A stretch of DNA of 45,695 bases from Octopus bimaculoides (taxonomy: Eukaryota): positions 43,241,638-43,287,332 of the forward strand of contig NC_068995.1 in the NCBI RefSeq assembly GCF_001194135.2, in the 5' to 3' direction. Numbering within the stretch: position 1 is the stretch's first letter; the number at the start of each line of letters is the position of its first letter. The translations under genes were made by a program, and so were the position numbers. Positions 25,251 to 38,130 of this stretch are shown piece after piece. The notes under the pieces are model-generated. The model did no database searches and was not told the DNA's origin. It saw only the letters and a list, made by a program, of their open reading frames with translations.

Positions 25251-27494
25251 TCCGAGAGAACACTTAGCTCCATCGTTTTTACCAGCTCCCTTTCCTTGTA
25301 CTGCATGGTAAGATCGAATAATCTCGGAGCAAGATCAACAGAGACTTCCAAGTCCTCCCCTAGTTAGGGTCATTCCTGAACTTTATTTTTATGCGCGTGT
25401 GTGCGCTTGTATGTGTGTATTTTTCAAAATTCTTGATGTCCTGATGTGAAATCGATATTAAAACAGAATAGTACGAGTCACATGGGTTGGAAACTCGCTG
25501 AAGGGGTCACAGGCCGTGTGACGAAAGATTTCCAGATAAATGACATAAGATAAGGAAAATAATGCACTAAATCTAAAGTGAAGAATGACTATATAGTGCC
25601 TGTATTTATTTGGTTAAAACAAAATTGTGGTTATGAAAATTGTCAGGGCCATTTCATCATATTGAACCGTTAATGCCTACACATTTGTTNNNNNNNNNNN
25701 NNNNNNNNNNNNNNNNNNNNNNNNNNNNNNNNNNNNNNNNNNNNNNNNNNNNNNNNNNNNNNNNNNNNNNNNNNNNNNNNNNNNNNNNNNNNNNNNNNNN
25801 NNNNNNNNNNNNNNNNNNNNNNNNNNNNNNNNNNNNNNNNNNNNNNNNNNNNNNNNNNNNNNNNNNNNNNNNNNNNNNNNNNNNNNNNNNNNNNNNNNNN
25901 NNNNNNNNNNNNNNNNNNNNNNNNNNNNNNNNNNNNNNNNNNNNNNNNNNNNNNNNNNNNNNNNNNNNNNNNNNNNNNNNNNNNNNNNNNNNNNNNNNNN
26001 NNNNNNNNNNNNNNNNNNNNNNNNNNNNNNNNNNNNNNNNNNNNNNNNNNNNNNNNNNNNNNNNNNNNNNNNNNNNNNNNNNNNNNNNNNNNNNNNNNNN
26101 NNNNNNNNNNNNNNNNNNNNNNNNNNNNNNNNNNNNNNNNNNNNNNNNNNNNNNNNNNNNNNNNNNNNNNNNNNNNNNNNNNNNNNNNNNNNNNNNNNNN
26201 NNNNNNNNNNNNNNNNNNNNNNNNNNNNNNNNNNNNNNNNNNNNNNNNNNNNNNNNNNNNNNNNNNNNNNNNNNNNNNNNNNNNNNNNNNNNNNNNNNNN
26301 NNNNNNNNNNNNNNNNNNNNNNNNNNNNNNNNNNNNNNNNNNNNNNNNNNNNNNNNNNNNNNNNNNNNNNNNNNNNNNNNNNNNNNNNNNNNNNNNNNNN
26401 NNNNNNNNNNNNNNNNNNNNNNNNNNNNNNNNNNNNNNNNNNNNNNNNNNNNATATATATATATATATAGGCATATATTTAACTATTTAAACATACATAT
26501 AGATACACAGATCTTACATATTGGTTTGATTCATACCTAGTACTTATGTAAAACAATGGTATCGTATTTCCTGTTCAACAATATTGTCATTGTTTGACAT
26601 CATATATGTTATCACATAACAGTTGAAAAGAGAAAGGTGAAAACTTGTTATGGCGTATTGGTGTTGCATAGTTATAAATGTTCGTCAATTGTTTTAGCTA
26701 GTCGCTACAATAACAGATCTGGATATTTAATATACTTTACATACTGGTCTATCTAATTTGCTTCTTCTTACATTTACTCCTATATATATGTATATGAAAA
26801 TTGCGCATTATATTATCTTTGTTTCTGTATATGTATACCAGGAGTCGCCAAACGTTTTCAAACATCGACAACTTTAGCCACTTCTCGTTCCGTATCGACA
26901 CCATTTACTCACTTATTCTTCCGCATCGACCAACCTCCTCATTTAAAATATTTTAACACTCTACCCTACCGTACCAGATCTTAAATGTGTACCGGGTACT
27001 GATGCTGGTAATTAAAATGTTAGCTTAAATATACATGTGCGACAAATAATGAGATTCTATTTGAACATCCCAAATTTTTCACATTTAAAACGTCGTGTAC
27101 GAGAATACGTTATTAAACTTTTAATTTTTACGAAATTGTTTTGAAAGTCATAAGATGTGAAAAGCACATCATATTGTTCGAATATCTTTTATCGAAATTG
27201 ACATCAATGTGAGGAATCAGCATGACGCTGATTAAGTATTACAAGCAATTCATCTACATAAGCTGGTTTTTCGCACGCCGAGTCCCATTCGACTCTTTGG
27301 CTATTATAGACCCCCATGTAATCCCTCACTTATTCCTAGGGGTTCCTCGGACCTCCTTTAGTGACCCCTGGTGTATACGGTTTTATATACTTATACACAC
27401 ACACACGCAAACAAACAAACAAACAAACATACATACATACAAACATACATACATACATACACACACACGCACGCACGCACATACATACATATCT

Positions 27495-27945
27495 CACTGG
27501 TTCACAAGGAAACAGAAATACCAAAATTACACACAGTTTCTTTGTGGATGACTTAAAACGTTATGCAAAGAATATGCATGAGATGAAAAACAGCCTTGAC
27601 CTTGTTACAACATTCTCAAAGGATGTAGGATTCGAAGACTACAGAAACCAATGTATCACTGGAACTGTAAAAATCTGTAAAACTTTCCAGAAGTTTATCA
27701 TTTAAATATATATGAGCATGTCCAGATATGCAACTACATGCAAGAGAATACTCACATAAAACATGCAATTCTGCACATGCATTCATATATACATACATAC
27801 ATACATACATATATATATATACATACATACATAAAAATACCCTGTTGTTGGTGTTGAAATCCCAATGAAGGGATTAGAAACCGGTTCATTCTCTATTGGC
27901 AAGAAATCTTGAAATAAACTGAATAATGACATACATGCATATATG
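27495..27945 (+). mobile_element. R4/Dong-clade LINE, internally deleted, with 3' UTR, embedded in (CATA)n
   Basis: ITHSFFVDDLKRYAKN...LVTTFSKDVG (RT YADD-equivalent) joined at ~27630 to C-terminal TGTVKICKTFQKF, then a 3' UTR with an internal (CATA)n. Extending the UTR to ~27945 is from recollection. Confidence 0.8.
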
Positions 27946-28001
27946 TACATGTATATATAAACTCATAACCAGTTGCATTGCAAAAAACGATAACAAAAAA
28001 T

Positions 28002-28075
28002 CGTTCTGGGTCAAATTACGCTGAGATCAAATGTGGCTTTTCTACCCTCGAGGTCGATTAAATAATGCAGAGTAC
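28002..28075 (+). mobile_element. Degenerate SINE family A core fragment
   Basis: cgttctgggtcaaattacgctgag...ccctcgaggtcgattaaataa. Confidence 0.55.
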
Positions 28076-28766
28076 TCCTACAAGAGCCGATGGTTTCACC
28101 TCGCTACTTTTAAGAATTGAAAAATTATTAGGAAGTTTATTTCAGAGTCGATTACTGCATTTCATTTTAAGATATATCCTTCTTTTGCTAATTTATCATC
28201 TATTGTCTGTTTTAGAAACATTAGATTGATAGTCATTCATGAAGAATATATAGTTAAAGCTAATCTCCTCCGTATGATAAGTTGTCTATGCTGGTATCTA
28301 TATTTCAATTATAATTGCAAGGCAAGAATATTTAACAGCTATTTTGCAACATCCATTCTCAGACATAGAAAGTATGGTGGCTTAAATCATGTTCTTCCAT
28401 CGTCTTGCTTTATTTGTTGACTCTAGCGTCGTTGACGTAAACTAATTGCATTCTTTGATTCCGTTAAAGATTGGAAACGGTTCCATCGACGATTTCTTTG
28501 TCAGATGAAAGACCAGAAATACAGTAATATTGTTTCTGTCTTGTTTTATTATTTATATTTTTGGAGCTAATGTCTGATCGTTATTCGTTTATTTATCTAC
28601 TTAAACTTAACATTCGGTTTGTTTAATGTTTGGAAACTCACAATCGTCAAATAAATTGTTACAGTTAAAATACTAAGAACGTATATTTCCAACAAAGTGG
28701 AAATGACTGCAGACCTTGACCGTTGAATTACAAATTTAAGAGATGAATGTAAATATTTTAGTCATA

Positions 28767-29195
28767 AGAGCAGGCGTGGCTCTGTGGTAAGAAAGTTGCT
28801 TCTAAAACATATGGGTCCGTATTCAGCTCCACTGCTTGGTACCTTAGGAAATTGTCTTCTAGTTCAGCCTCGGGGCAACTAATGCACTGTAAGTGGATTT
28901 GGTAAACGGAAACTGGGAAAAGGACGTCGTTTGTGTGTATGTGTGTTTGTGTGTGTGCACGCGTGTATGTGTGTGTGCGTCTTTGTGTCTTTGCACGTGT
29001 GTCTTTGTCCCCTAACACCGGAAGACAACCGGGATTGGTGTGCTTACGTCCACGTAACATTGAGGTTCGACAGAGATGACCGATAAAATAAGAATCGGGC
29101 TTAAAATTAAGCACTGGGGTCTTTTCATTCGTCCAAAAATCCTTGAAGGTGCTTCTCCAGAATGGCTACAGTCTAATTGCCGAAAGATAAAAAAT
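28767..29195 (+). mobile_element. Full-length tRNA-derived SINE family B with internal (TG)n
   Basis: Head gcaggcgtggctctgtggtaag, body gtggatttggtaaacggaaactg, (TG)n, tail ctccagaatggctacagtc. Confidence 0.85.
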
Positions 29196-29971
29196 AGTTT
29201 GTGACAAGTGAGATAATTCATGGAATTTTACAAATCGACATCATAAGATTTTTTTGTAAATCATCATTAATGTAGTCTAATATAACTCTTCTATTGTGTA
29301 TATGTCAGCGCTATCAAATGATTTTGTATTTACTCAAATTCTTCAGTGTTATGACTCTGTTTCTGTTTTCATCGAGAAAATATTATTCTATGCATAATTA
29401 TTTCTGTGTCACTTTTGTGTCTAGCGCCATGATCATTGGTAAACACTGAGGCAAATTTGACGAAGATTATAGTATGGAAAAATAACATAAAATTCAAAAA
29501 TGTGAACTTGTGTGATTCTTTTACACAAAAATGAGCATTAAATCGGCCGTCAGCAGAATTAATGCCATAAGCAAACAAATTCTAATTAATTAAAATGGCA
29601 CAATTATCGATGTGAATGATTATTTTCTAGATGGTTAATTCTTCCTTAAAACTCAGGGTTGGAGAAACGAAATCTGTATTCAATTCTCAGTGTAGTGTTA
29701 AATATGAAACTCACATCCAGTTGCATTACATATTAATTAAATTAGAATATATCAATTATATCTAATTGAATTTAGGTTTAGTCTTCTTTTGTGATTTTCA
29801 CCACAATTAACTTGTTCAGAAAATTATTGTAGTATTAGTTCATTTAAATTTTCTTGGGTTACTGTATCGAGTGTAGGAGAAACCAGCTTGTTTTCAGTTC
29901 TCATACAGGAAGAATACCTGGATTCTCTCTCGTTGCTGTTCTCTTAATTATTACTTGCAATTAATTTTTAT

Positions 29972-30250
29972 TCCTTGTTTCAGTCATTTGACAGCGGCCA
30001 TGCTGGGCCACTGCATTGAAGCGATTTAGTCGAACAAATTGAACGCAGGCAGGACTTATTTTGAAAGCCTGTTACTTATACTTTTGCCGAGCCGCTAAAT
30101 TACGTGGAGAAAAACACATATACAACGGGATTTTTTAAGTTTCTGTCTGCCAGATCAATAGCAGAAGACATTCGCCTAAGGAACCACGCAGGGAGGACTG
30201 AACTCGGAAATGTGTGGTTGGGATGCAAGTTTCTTACAGCCACGCCTGCA
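29972..30250 (-). mobile_element. SINE family B (internally shortened)
   Basis: Tail gtttcagtcatttgacagcggccatgctgg and head gactgaactcggaaatgtgtggttggga...cagccacgcctgc. Confidence 0.8.
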
Positions 30251-30279
30251 ACTACATTTGTATCATCTTGTATGTGTTT

Positions 30280-30314
<35 letters not shown>

Positions 30315-30514
30315 NNNNNNNNNNNNNNNNNNNNNNNNNNNNNNNNNNNNNNNNNNNNNNNNNNNNNNNNNNNNNNNNNNNNNNNNNNNNNNNNNNNNNN
30401 NNNNNNNNNNNNNNNNNNNNNNNNNNNNNNNNNNNATATATATATTTGCATATATATATGCATATATACATGCACACACACTTTATCATCAGCATTATAT
30501 TCATCATCTACAAT

Positions 30515-30680
30515 TAATGTCTGCTACCATGGCTTGGACGGTTTTACAGGTGGTAAGCCGTAGCCTGCATTGTCTGTTTTGGCATGGTTTCTACAGCTGG
30601 ACACCTTTCCTAACTCAGACAGTTTACAGAGTGTACTGTTTTCTTTTTTTACACGGCAATAACCCTGGTACTTTTTACGT
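30515..30680 (-). mobile_element. RTE-associated SINE/LINE UTR fragment
   Basis: ttttggcatggtttctacagctggacacctttcctaac resembles the GGTTGGCGTTAGGAAGGGCATCCAGCCGTAGAAA motif of RTE-related elements (recalled, unverified). Confidence 0.5.
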
Positions 30681-30910
30681 AGGACAGACAACAGCGGTGT
30701 CACCAAGTGAATTACAATTGGGGGTGGAAGTGGAACCGCGTGAAGTGGTGGTCTTCGAGGTGAAAGTATAAAAAAGAGATAGAGATAGGTGTCTTACTCT
30801 AGAAGAGATTCTTGGATACCCCACGAGGAAAACAGCAGAGAGGAAGAAGAAACAGAGATAGAAAGATACGCAGACACTGCTTATGCACGTACACACACAG
30901 AGGCGGGCGC

Positions 30911-30941
<31 letters not shown>

Positions 30942-32368
30942 TGTAGCTGAATAAAATTGGAGTAAAAAAACTTGTATCATAAAAGTTAGATTATAGTTTT
31001 CTGATGTGATATAACGTGACCAAATTATATTTAGAGTTTATCACCGCTCTCTCAATGTTATATTCCTCCATTAAATTTGTGGGATTGTTGCCTAACTCTC
31101 ATTTTATTTACCAATATTAGTTATCGACAAAATGATTTCCTTTATTGCTAAAGTTGCAGCAGTAATTAATTACAATATGTCTGTTTTTGCATAATGTACG
31201 GCAGCTGATGACTCGGGGTTGCTATAATACATTTTGTATGTAATTACGACACTGTTGCTAATGAAATTAATATTGTTTGATATGTGTGACACAAATTTAT
31301 CACTCCTGATTAGGTGAAATAATCTACATCTGTCTTGGAATCAAATTACAATCTGTGATGTGTCATCGCTAGATGTGCTTTAAGGTTGACTAAACACTCT
31401 AGAAATTTGAGCAGTTTTTCACTTCGTTATATCATCTTTAGTTGAAATTTGGCTGCAATTTCGTGTACATGTCATAATATGATTTATATAAGGTTTTAGT
31501 TTTATCAGAAAATATATAATTTTTACAGGATTTCTACTTTTTCAAATTTACTTCACTTGACTTTGCAAATAGTTCAGAAGCAAGATGGCGGCCAATTAAA
31601 TATTCTCCAACTGAAATTGTTGATTGTTGACCTGTCCTACCTTTTGTTACCGTGCAAATAAATTTTACCTTGTTCGCTTCACAACATATTTATTTTCTAT
31701 GAATCGATGCATGCAATAACCGCTAGCTGATGTTGGGATGTTTTAGCAAACAGTCTAGATCTATCCATTATTTCCAGAATAATAAACTTGTTTACTGAAA
31801 GTGCCAAATATATTTTGTGTGTAGTTGCGTGAGGAAAATAAGAGTAGTCAATAAGGAATGTTATTTGAAAATACTGTCTCAAATATAGTACATAAATATT
31901 AATAGCTTCCCGTGGTTTTACGATTTATATAAATTGGAACATTCAACAAATGAATGCGATTCGATTGAAGCTTTCCCGCGGTGCATTTTATAGTGGTTTT
32001 TATTGATGCCTATTTTTCTGTAAAAAAGGTGTTGTCAATCGTTTATTGCGCATGCTACGTAAGATTCAGTAATTAGTTGTGCAATCAGTACAGAAAACAA
32101 GATAAAAGCATAGACAAGAAAGGTGAACGTTCCAAAATTCGATAATTTCGTATGGAATGATTTTTTTCTTCCTTTTCATTTTATCAAAGCATATGAAAAT
32201 ATAAGTCACCAACTAATATATTAGCGTACACTCACACACATGCACACAACACAAACGCACGCACACGCACACATATATACCTACATATATATGTGTGTAC
32301 GTATTTATATATCTATACTATTATATTCGGATATATATATATATATATATAAATATATACATACATAC

Positions 32369-32428
<60 letters not shown>

Positions 32429-32894
32429 CTCATATTGTAATCGTATATACATTACTTTAAGACGTGTGTGTATGTTCTGTGGTATATTTATAGGCATTTC
32501 CTCAGTGACATGAGTGTTGTTCTCTGAATTTGGCCCTGGTGTTGTACACTGGTGAAGATGGCGCAGATGTCAATTATTTGTGGCAAGTTCGGTAATGATG
32601 CTCTATGAAAAACTGATAATAAATATCGTAAGAAAGATTTTCATCCAAATATTGATGACAGCTTCATCCCTGAAGATACGATTTATGTTGTCAGCTTTAT
32701 ATGTAATGTTGTTGATGATAAGACCGGAAATTTTGATAAAAGTAACAATGAGTTACTACGTCTGAATTTAAAGCAACCGCCTCATATTTAGGCTTATTTT
32801 CTCTCATCTGTTGTTCTGTCTTACTCACTTTTTGTTATTCAAACTTTACCAACTATTTAGTCTTTACGTTTTCTTTGTTTCATTATATTTTCAG

Positions 32895-32966
32895 ATGTTC
32901 ACATTTTTGAGAATGTTATAGTATTTCGAGGAAATTGTTATTATCTAATGGCGGATACTCCTGAAG
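32895..32966 (+). CDS. Candidate internal coding exon, symmetric phase 1, DVHIFENVIVFRGNCYYLMADTPE; possibly PH-domain beta6-beta7
   Basis: Long pyrimidine tract ending tattttcag, donor GAAG|gtaatt, exactly 72 bp, open in phase 1. YYLMADTPE resembles the PH consensus YYL.AD(T/S).EE. Confidence 0.45.
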
Positions 32967-33115
32967 GTAATTATAATTGACTTTTGCTAACGTATACTGC
33001 AGAATTATTAAATTATAGTAATCCACAATGATCTTGGCTATTCTTCTTACAATTTCTCAGCAGTGTTTTTCAGATAAATATCATTAATAATATTTACGAT
33101 CGACTGTGCTTGTGA

Positions 33116-33157
<42 letters not shown>

Positions 33158-34319
33158 NNNNNNNNNNNNNNNNNNNNNNNNNNNNNNNNNNNNNNNNNNN
33201 NNNNNNNNNNNNNNNNNNNNNNNNNNNNNNNNNNNNNNNNNNNNNNNNNNNNNNNNNNNNNNNNNNNNNNNNNNNNNNNNNNNNNNNNNNNNNNNNNNNN
33301 NNNNNNNNNNNNNNNNNNNNNNNNNNNNNNNNNNNNNNNNNNNNNNNNNNNNNNNNNNNNNNNNNNNNNNNNNNNNNNNNNNNNNNNNNNNNNNNNNNNN
33401 NNNNNNNNNNNNNNNNNNNNNNNNNNNNNNNNNNNNNNNNNNNNNNNNNNNNNNNNNNNNNNNNNNNNNNNNNNNNNNNNNNNNNNNNNNNNNNNNNNNN
33501 NNNNNNNNNNNNNNNNNNNNNNNNNNNNNNNNNNNNNNNNNNNNNNNNNNNNNNNNNNNNNNNNNNNNNNNNNNNNNNNNNNNNNNNNNNNNNNNNNNNN
33601 NNNNNNNNNNNNNNNNNNNNNNNNNNNNNNNNNNNNNNNNNNNNNNNNNNNNNNNNNNNNNNNNNNNNNNNNNNNNNNNNNNNNNNNNNNNNNNNNNNNN
33701 NNNNNNNNNNNNNNNNNNNNNNNNNNNNNNNNNNNNNNNNNNNNNNNNNNNNNNNNNNNNNNNNNNNNNNNNNNNNNNNNNNNNNNNNNNNNNNNNNNNN
33801 NNNNNNNNNNNNNNNNNNNNNNNNNNNNNNNNNNNNNNNNNNNNNNNNNNNNATATATATAAGCGCACATTCTAAGAGGTTAACATTTTCAAGGTTAAAG
33901 TTGTTAGATTTGTTCGTGTACCGATTGCGTTACTGAATAACCAGACAGCTGCAGCAGGCTGATAGGTTTACGATGAGTAAGCAACGTTTAGGGCTCCATT
34001 TTCCACCTCTCACACTGTTGTGGAAAGCAGAGCTGTGTCTAAATAGATCTACTTTGTCACCACAGCGGACAATACAGACAGCGCAGTTCCTCACAACTTC
34101 TTTGCTGGAACGGCCATCACCCAATGGTCGCCAACTGTGTAAGAGATTCAATAAGAGACTTCAAGTAATATCCTTTACCTGTCCCTGTCACTTTTACTCC
34201 CTCACCACAGAACATTTTGTTTTTGCAAGTTGAACCTGTGCAGTATTGGATGTATAAATGTAAGTTGTCATAAAATTCACAGAGATGATTTGATTTGAGT
34301 ATATATATGTATATATATG

Positions 34320-34382
<63 letters not shown>

Positions 34383-36306
34383 GAGTGTCTTCGCTTTGTA
34401 TGACAGGTTTTATCTTTCGTCCTCCAGGGTGTCCAACTATCATCCACCTCACCAAGTAAGCTTGCTGGTGTTGCTAGTTTAGTCCCCGTCGACCCGACCA
34501 TATAACAGGTTGTACTGGGTTACCTGTTACCACTACATATATTTCAGGAGTAGTTAACATCCCATCACATCATATTTTTAATGTTGCTTCTCCCTCTTTT
34601 GCTTTTTTTTATCAGTATACCCATGTGTTATTACAATAATGTAAAATCAGAATTTTAAAAAAATATGCACCCACCTTTGTACTACGTGTACTTTACGTTC
34701 AGGTCATTAGGGATCATTATCGTAAAATTACACCCATAAATAGCCTTTCTTGCAATATCTCATTACATTACAAAAAAATACTTATTTGGAGTTTCTACAG
34801 ACTATATACTTAAATTTCCCGAAATACAATGCTTACTAAAATAGCTATGTCGTCAGTAATTATAGCTGTTTGTTAAACCTCATGAACATAGTAATGTGTC
34901 AACGGAATATCCAACTTCAGAACCGTTTTTCAACAAGAGCGAACCCCTAAGGCTACGATTTACAGCGGTTTTGCCACCTAAAACGCCATTAAATTTGTGA
35001 CAATGTACGACGAGATTTTACTAAATTTAAAGTCAGTTTCCAAACGTCATCAGATGTTTGAAAATTAAACTTAGTTTAAAAGACATTACAATACATCTAT
35101 AAATGTTTAAAGTTGTAAAATTGTTTCAAAGTTTAAAATCGATTTTTATATATGTTATAAAGTATCATTGCTTAATGTTGTTTTCGTTGCAATATGAACA
35201 CAGTTCTGTGAAAAGTTTATTTGATTCATATAGCTAGACTCTGTTGATCTTTGGTCAATAACAAAAAAAATATATTCCTTTTAATTCGCTGATCTGAGTA
35301 TGAATTGATATTTGTTTATGTAATATACTCCAGCGAGCCATTCAAGGCGGATGAAATCATAGTGAGGTATCGGCGAGTGACAAGCGCAAATAGGTTGACA
35401 AAAAAAATTGAAATATGATAATGCTCTAACTTTAGCATTTGGGAATAGAGATTTACTGATTGATGAAAAGAATTAATGTTACAACTTTAAAATAATTATT
35501 ATAGATATAACTGCAATATAATGACATGTAATCGATATATAAATCCCAGGGCATTATGCAGATATATGATAATATACTAACAGCGAAATAATGACTTCCT
35601 GTTCGAGATAAAACAAGAAACAAAAACAAAAACTATACGAATAAGATGGTTAGATACCAATAAAATAGGTAAAGATATCATTTGCAAGTATTGTACAGAT
35701 ACATACACCACGTTGATCGCAGAATGTACCTATGGCGTGTCAGTATAATGAAAACCCAACAACGTTCTTCTAATAACAGAATCTCCATAAACTCGCAACA
35801 TATTCCATGAAATGGAAAGTCTTGCTGATATTTCACTTGTTTTGACCATAACGTAGTAATAAGGATGTAATTTTACTTATTTTACTCTGTTCAACTATCT
35901 TCTCAAAATTATTGGTTCTATAAAGACCACCTACCTGAAAGGCAGCGTGTCACTCACCCATAGATACCAACCTATGGTCGAAAAACTTGTAGTCTTATTA
36001 TGCATTGTTTTTGTTGTTGTTGTTATTATATGGTATTTGCTTTTTGCATTACGCTGCTCTACAGTGCTATGGTTACACAGACACTCCTCTGATCAAATCC
36101 TACTTAGCTTACAGTCATTTACTAATGAGTAGAAAAGAAAAGCAATGTAATAGACTATAACCTAGTGTAAATCTCTCTTTCATAAAGAATCTCAATTAGC
36201 ATATTAGATATATATTTTCGGTAAATTAATTTTGTGGAAGTAGTGGAGTAGGTTTCTTATTTATCGACCACAACTACCATCCCATCCGCCGAAAATGGAA
36301 TATATA

Positions 36307-36499
36307 TATAGTTATGTGGATAATGGAGAAACAAGCACAAGAAGAAGCAAGTCAACTGGGCTAGTTAGCCATTGATTTAATTATGTGGAGATTATATACT
36401 GACTCATTATATAATCTCCACATAATTAAATCAATGGCTAACTAGCCCACTTGACTTGCTTCTTCTTGTGTTTGTTTCTCCATTCTCCACATAACTATA
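36307..36499. repeat. Near-perfect 193-bp palindrome (MITE-like, TA-flanked)
   Basis: 92-bp arms with 3 differences around a ctgactcat centre. Confidence 0.95.
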
Positions 36500-37251
36500 A
36501 TTATAAACTGTGGTTTAAACAATAAATTACCTGCCTCTGGATACCCTCTACCGAAGACGGTACCCACACAAGTAATTTCCAGGAGTGCCTCCGGATTTAA
36601 ATATCTCCTGGTTGCTTGGATACTTCAGACTACACATGAAATATTGAAGCAATCCTATCATTTACCTNNNNNNNNNNNNNNNNNNNNNNNNNNNNNNNNN
36701 NNNNNNNNNNNNNNNNNNNNNNNNNNNNNNNNNNNNNNNNNNNNNNNNNNNNNNNNNNNNNNNNNNNNNNNNNNNNNNNNNNNNNNNNNNNNNNNNNNNN
36801 NNNNNNNNNNNNNTATATATATATATATATATACTATTAATGTTGAGCATGCATGAAATTATGTAGACACATGTCTGTATACAGGGAGGGAACTAATTAG
36901 ATAAATATGAAGCTGTTGAGAGAAGGATATTTCAAAAGGTTTAGTTCCGTATATGTGGTCTGAAAGAAGACAATGGCTGATAAGATAGAGAGCCATGCGT
37001 TTAAGAGGTAGTTGTAAAGGTGTACAACTTACTATTAAAATCAAAACAAGAACCTGAAGTCGTCCTGTAAAATAAGGGAACAGCTTTTGCACGTTACAGT
37101 TCACGAAAGGAACCGGACGAATCAACATGTGGGCTTATGCATGTCAGTTGCTAACTAATAGATATGCCAATGCATTCAGCAGCTTCAACCTTAATAACAA
37201 TTAAGGCTAATTGCACATGTGTGAGTTTTAAGAAACAGCAGAGAAGAGGTA

Positions 37252-37289
37252 ATTAATGTATACATGTTAGATTAATGTATACATGTTAG
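37252..37289. repeat. 19-bp tandem duplication attaatgtatacatgttag x2
   Basis: Direct. Confidence 0.95.
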
Positions 37290-37549
37290 ACTTAAGTGCT
37301 TGGCTTACATCAGAGTGTGAGATAAACAGGAGTTGGATATTCAATATACAACAAAGCTATCAAGAAGAACCCGCCATTACAAGATTTTAAGATTACAGAT
37401 GATTTAGCTAGAAGGTTGTTGTGTCAAACACAGTCGGTTGTGTTCCTTTTATTAAAGCAACATCATCGTCTGTGTCGATATTTTCTGGGTTGAATGAGTA
37501 ATGGAAAAATCGACAGCAGATTTGGAAATAGAGACATTTGGTGATGCTC

Positions 37550-38130
37550 TCTGAAAAAGGAGACCCTAGCACTATATCAAGATCAATGGGAGAGAAGATC
37601 AAGAAAGAGTATTATAGACGAGTCAGGATGGTTCCGAACACTGAGTTGAACTCCCAGAATAGAATTGCATTTATAAACTCCCTGGGGGTGCCAGTTGACC
37701 ATTATAGCCCTAACACCATCAAATGATGTCTGAGTGAACTTCAGCGTATGGACAAACAGACCAGGAAACTGCTGAAATTAAACACGATGCACCACCCAAA
37801 ATCAGATGTCCACAGCCTCTATCTTCCACGAAAGGACGTCGGTAGAGACCTAATCCAACTTGAAACGTCCTATAAAACGACAACAATAGAACTGCATGTG
37901 TACATCCAAAGTAATACCGTCTGGATGATACAGCTGTTAAGGCGACACAAACAGATTAAAAACTAAAAGCAAATGCATTCACTTTCAAAGCAGACATATA
38001 AATACAGACAAGACCTTAACCTCCCTCATTATGATAACGATTATAAGGAGAACATACCACCCAGTAAGGCAGCAAAATAGTGAATAACAAAGCCCAAACA
38101 GGAAAGCTTGAAGGTAATATCGAAAGTGTG
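37550..38130 (+). mobile_element. R4/Dong-clade LINE fragment (RT C-terminal/thumb region)
   Basis: EKIKKEYYRRVRMVPNTELNSQNRIAFINSLGVPV...RMDKQTRKLL...HHPKSDVHSLYLPRKDVGRDLIQLE. Confidence 0.88.

Noticed and set aside
33930-34151. EVVRNCAVC as an LTR-retrotransposon integrase zinc finger
   Set aside because: No upstream His pair or downstream DDE region, and no LTRs.
36531-36629. Minus-strand 99-bp exon-like segment beside the palindrome
   Set aside because: All three frames contain a stop when the strong donor is used, and no homology is recognised.
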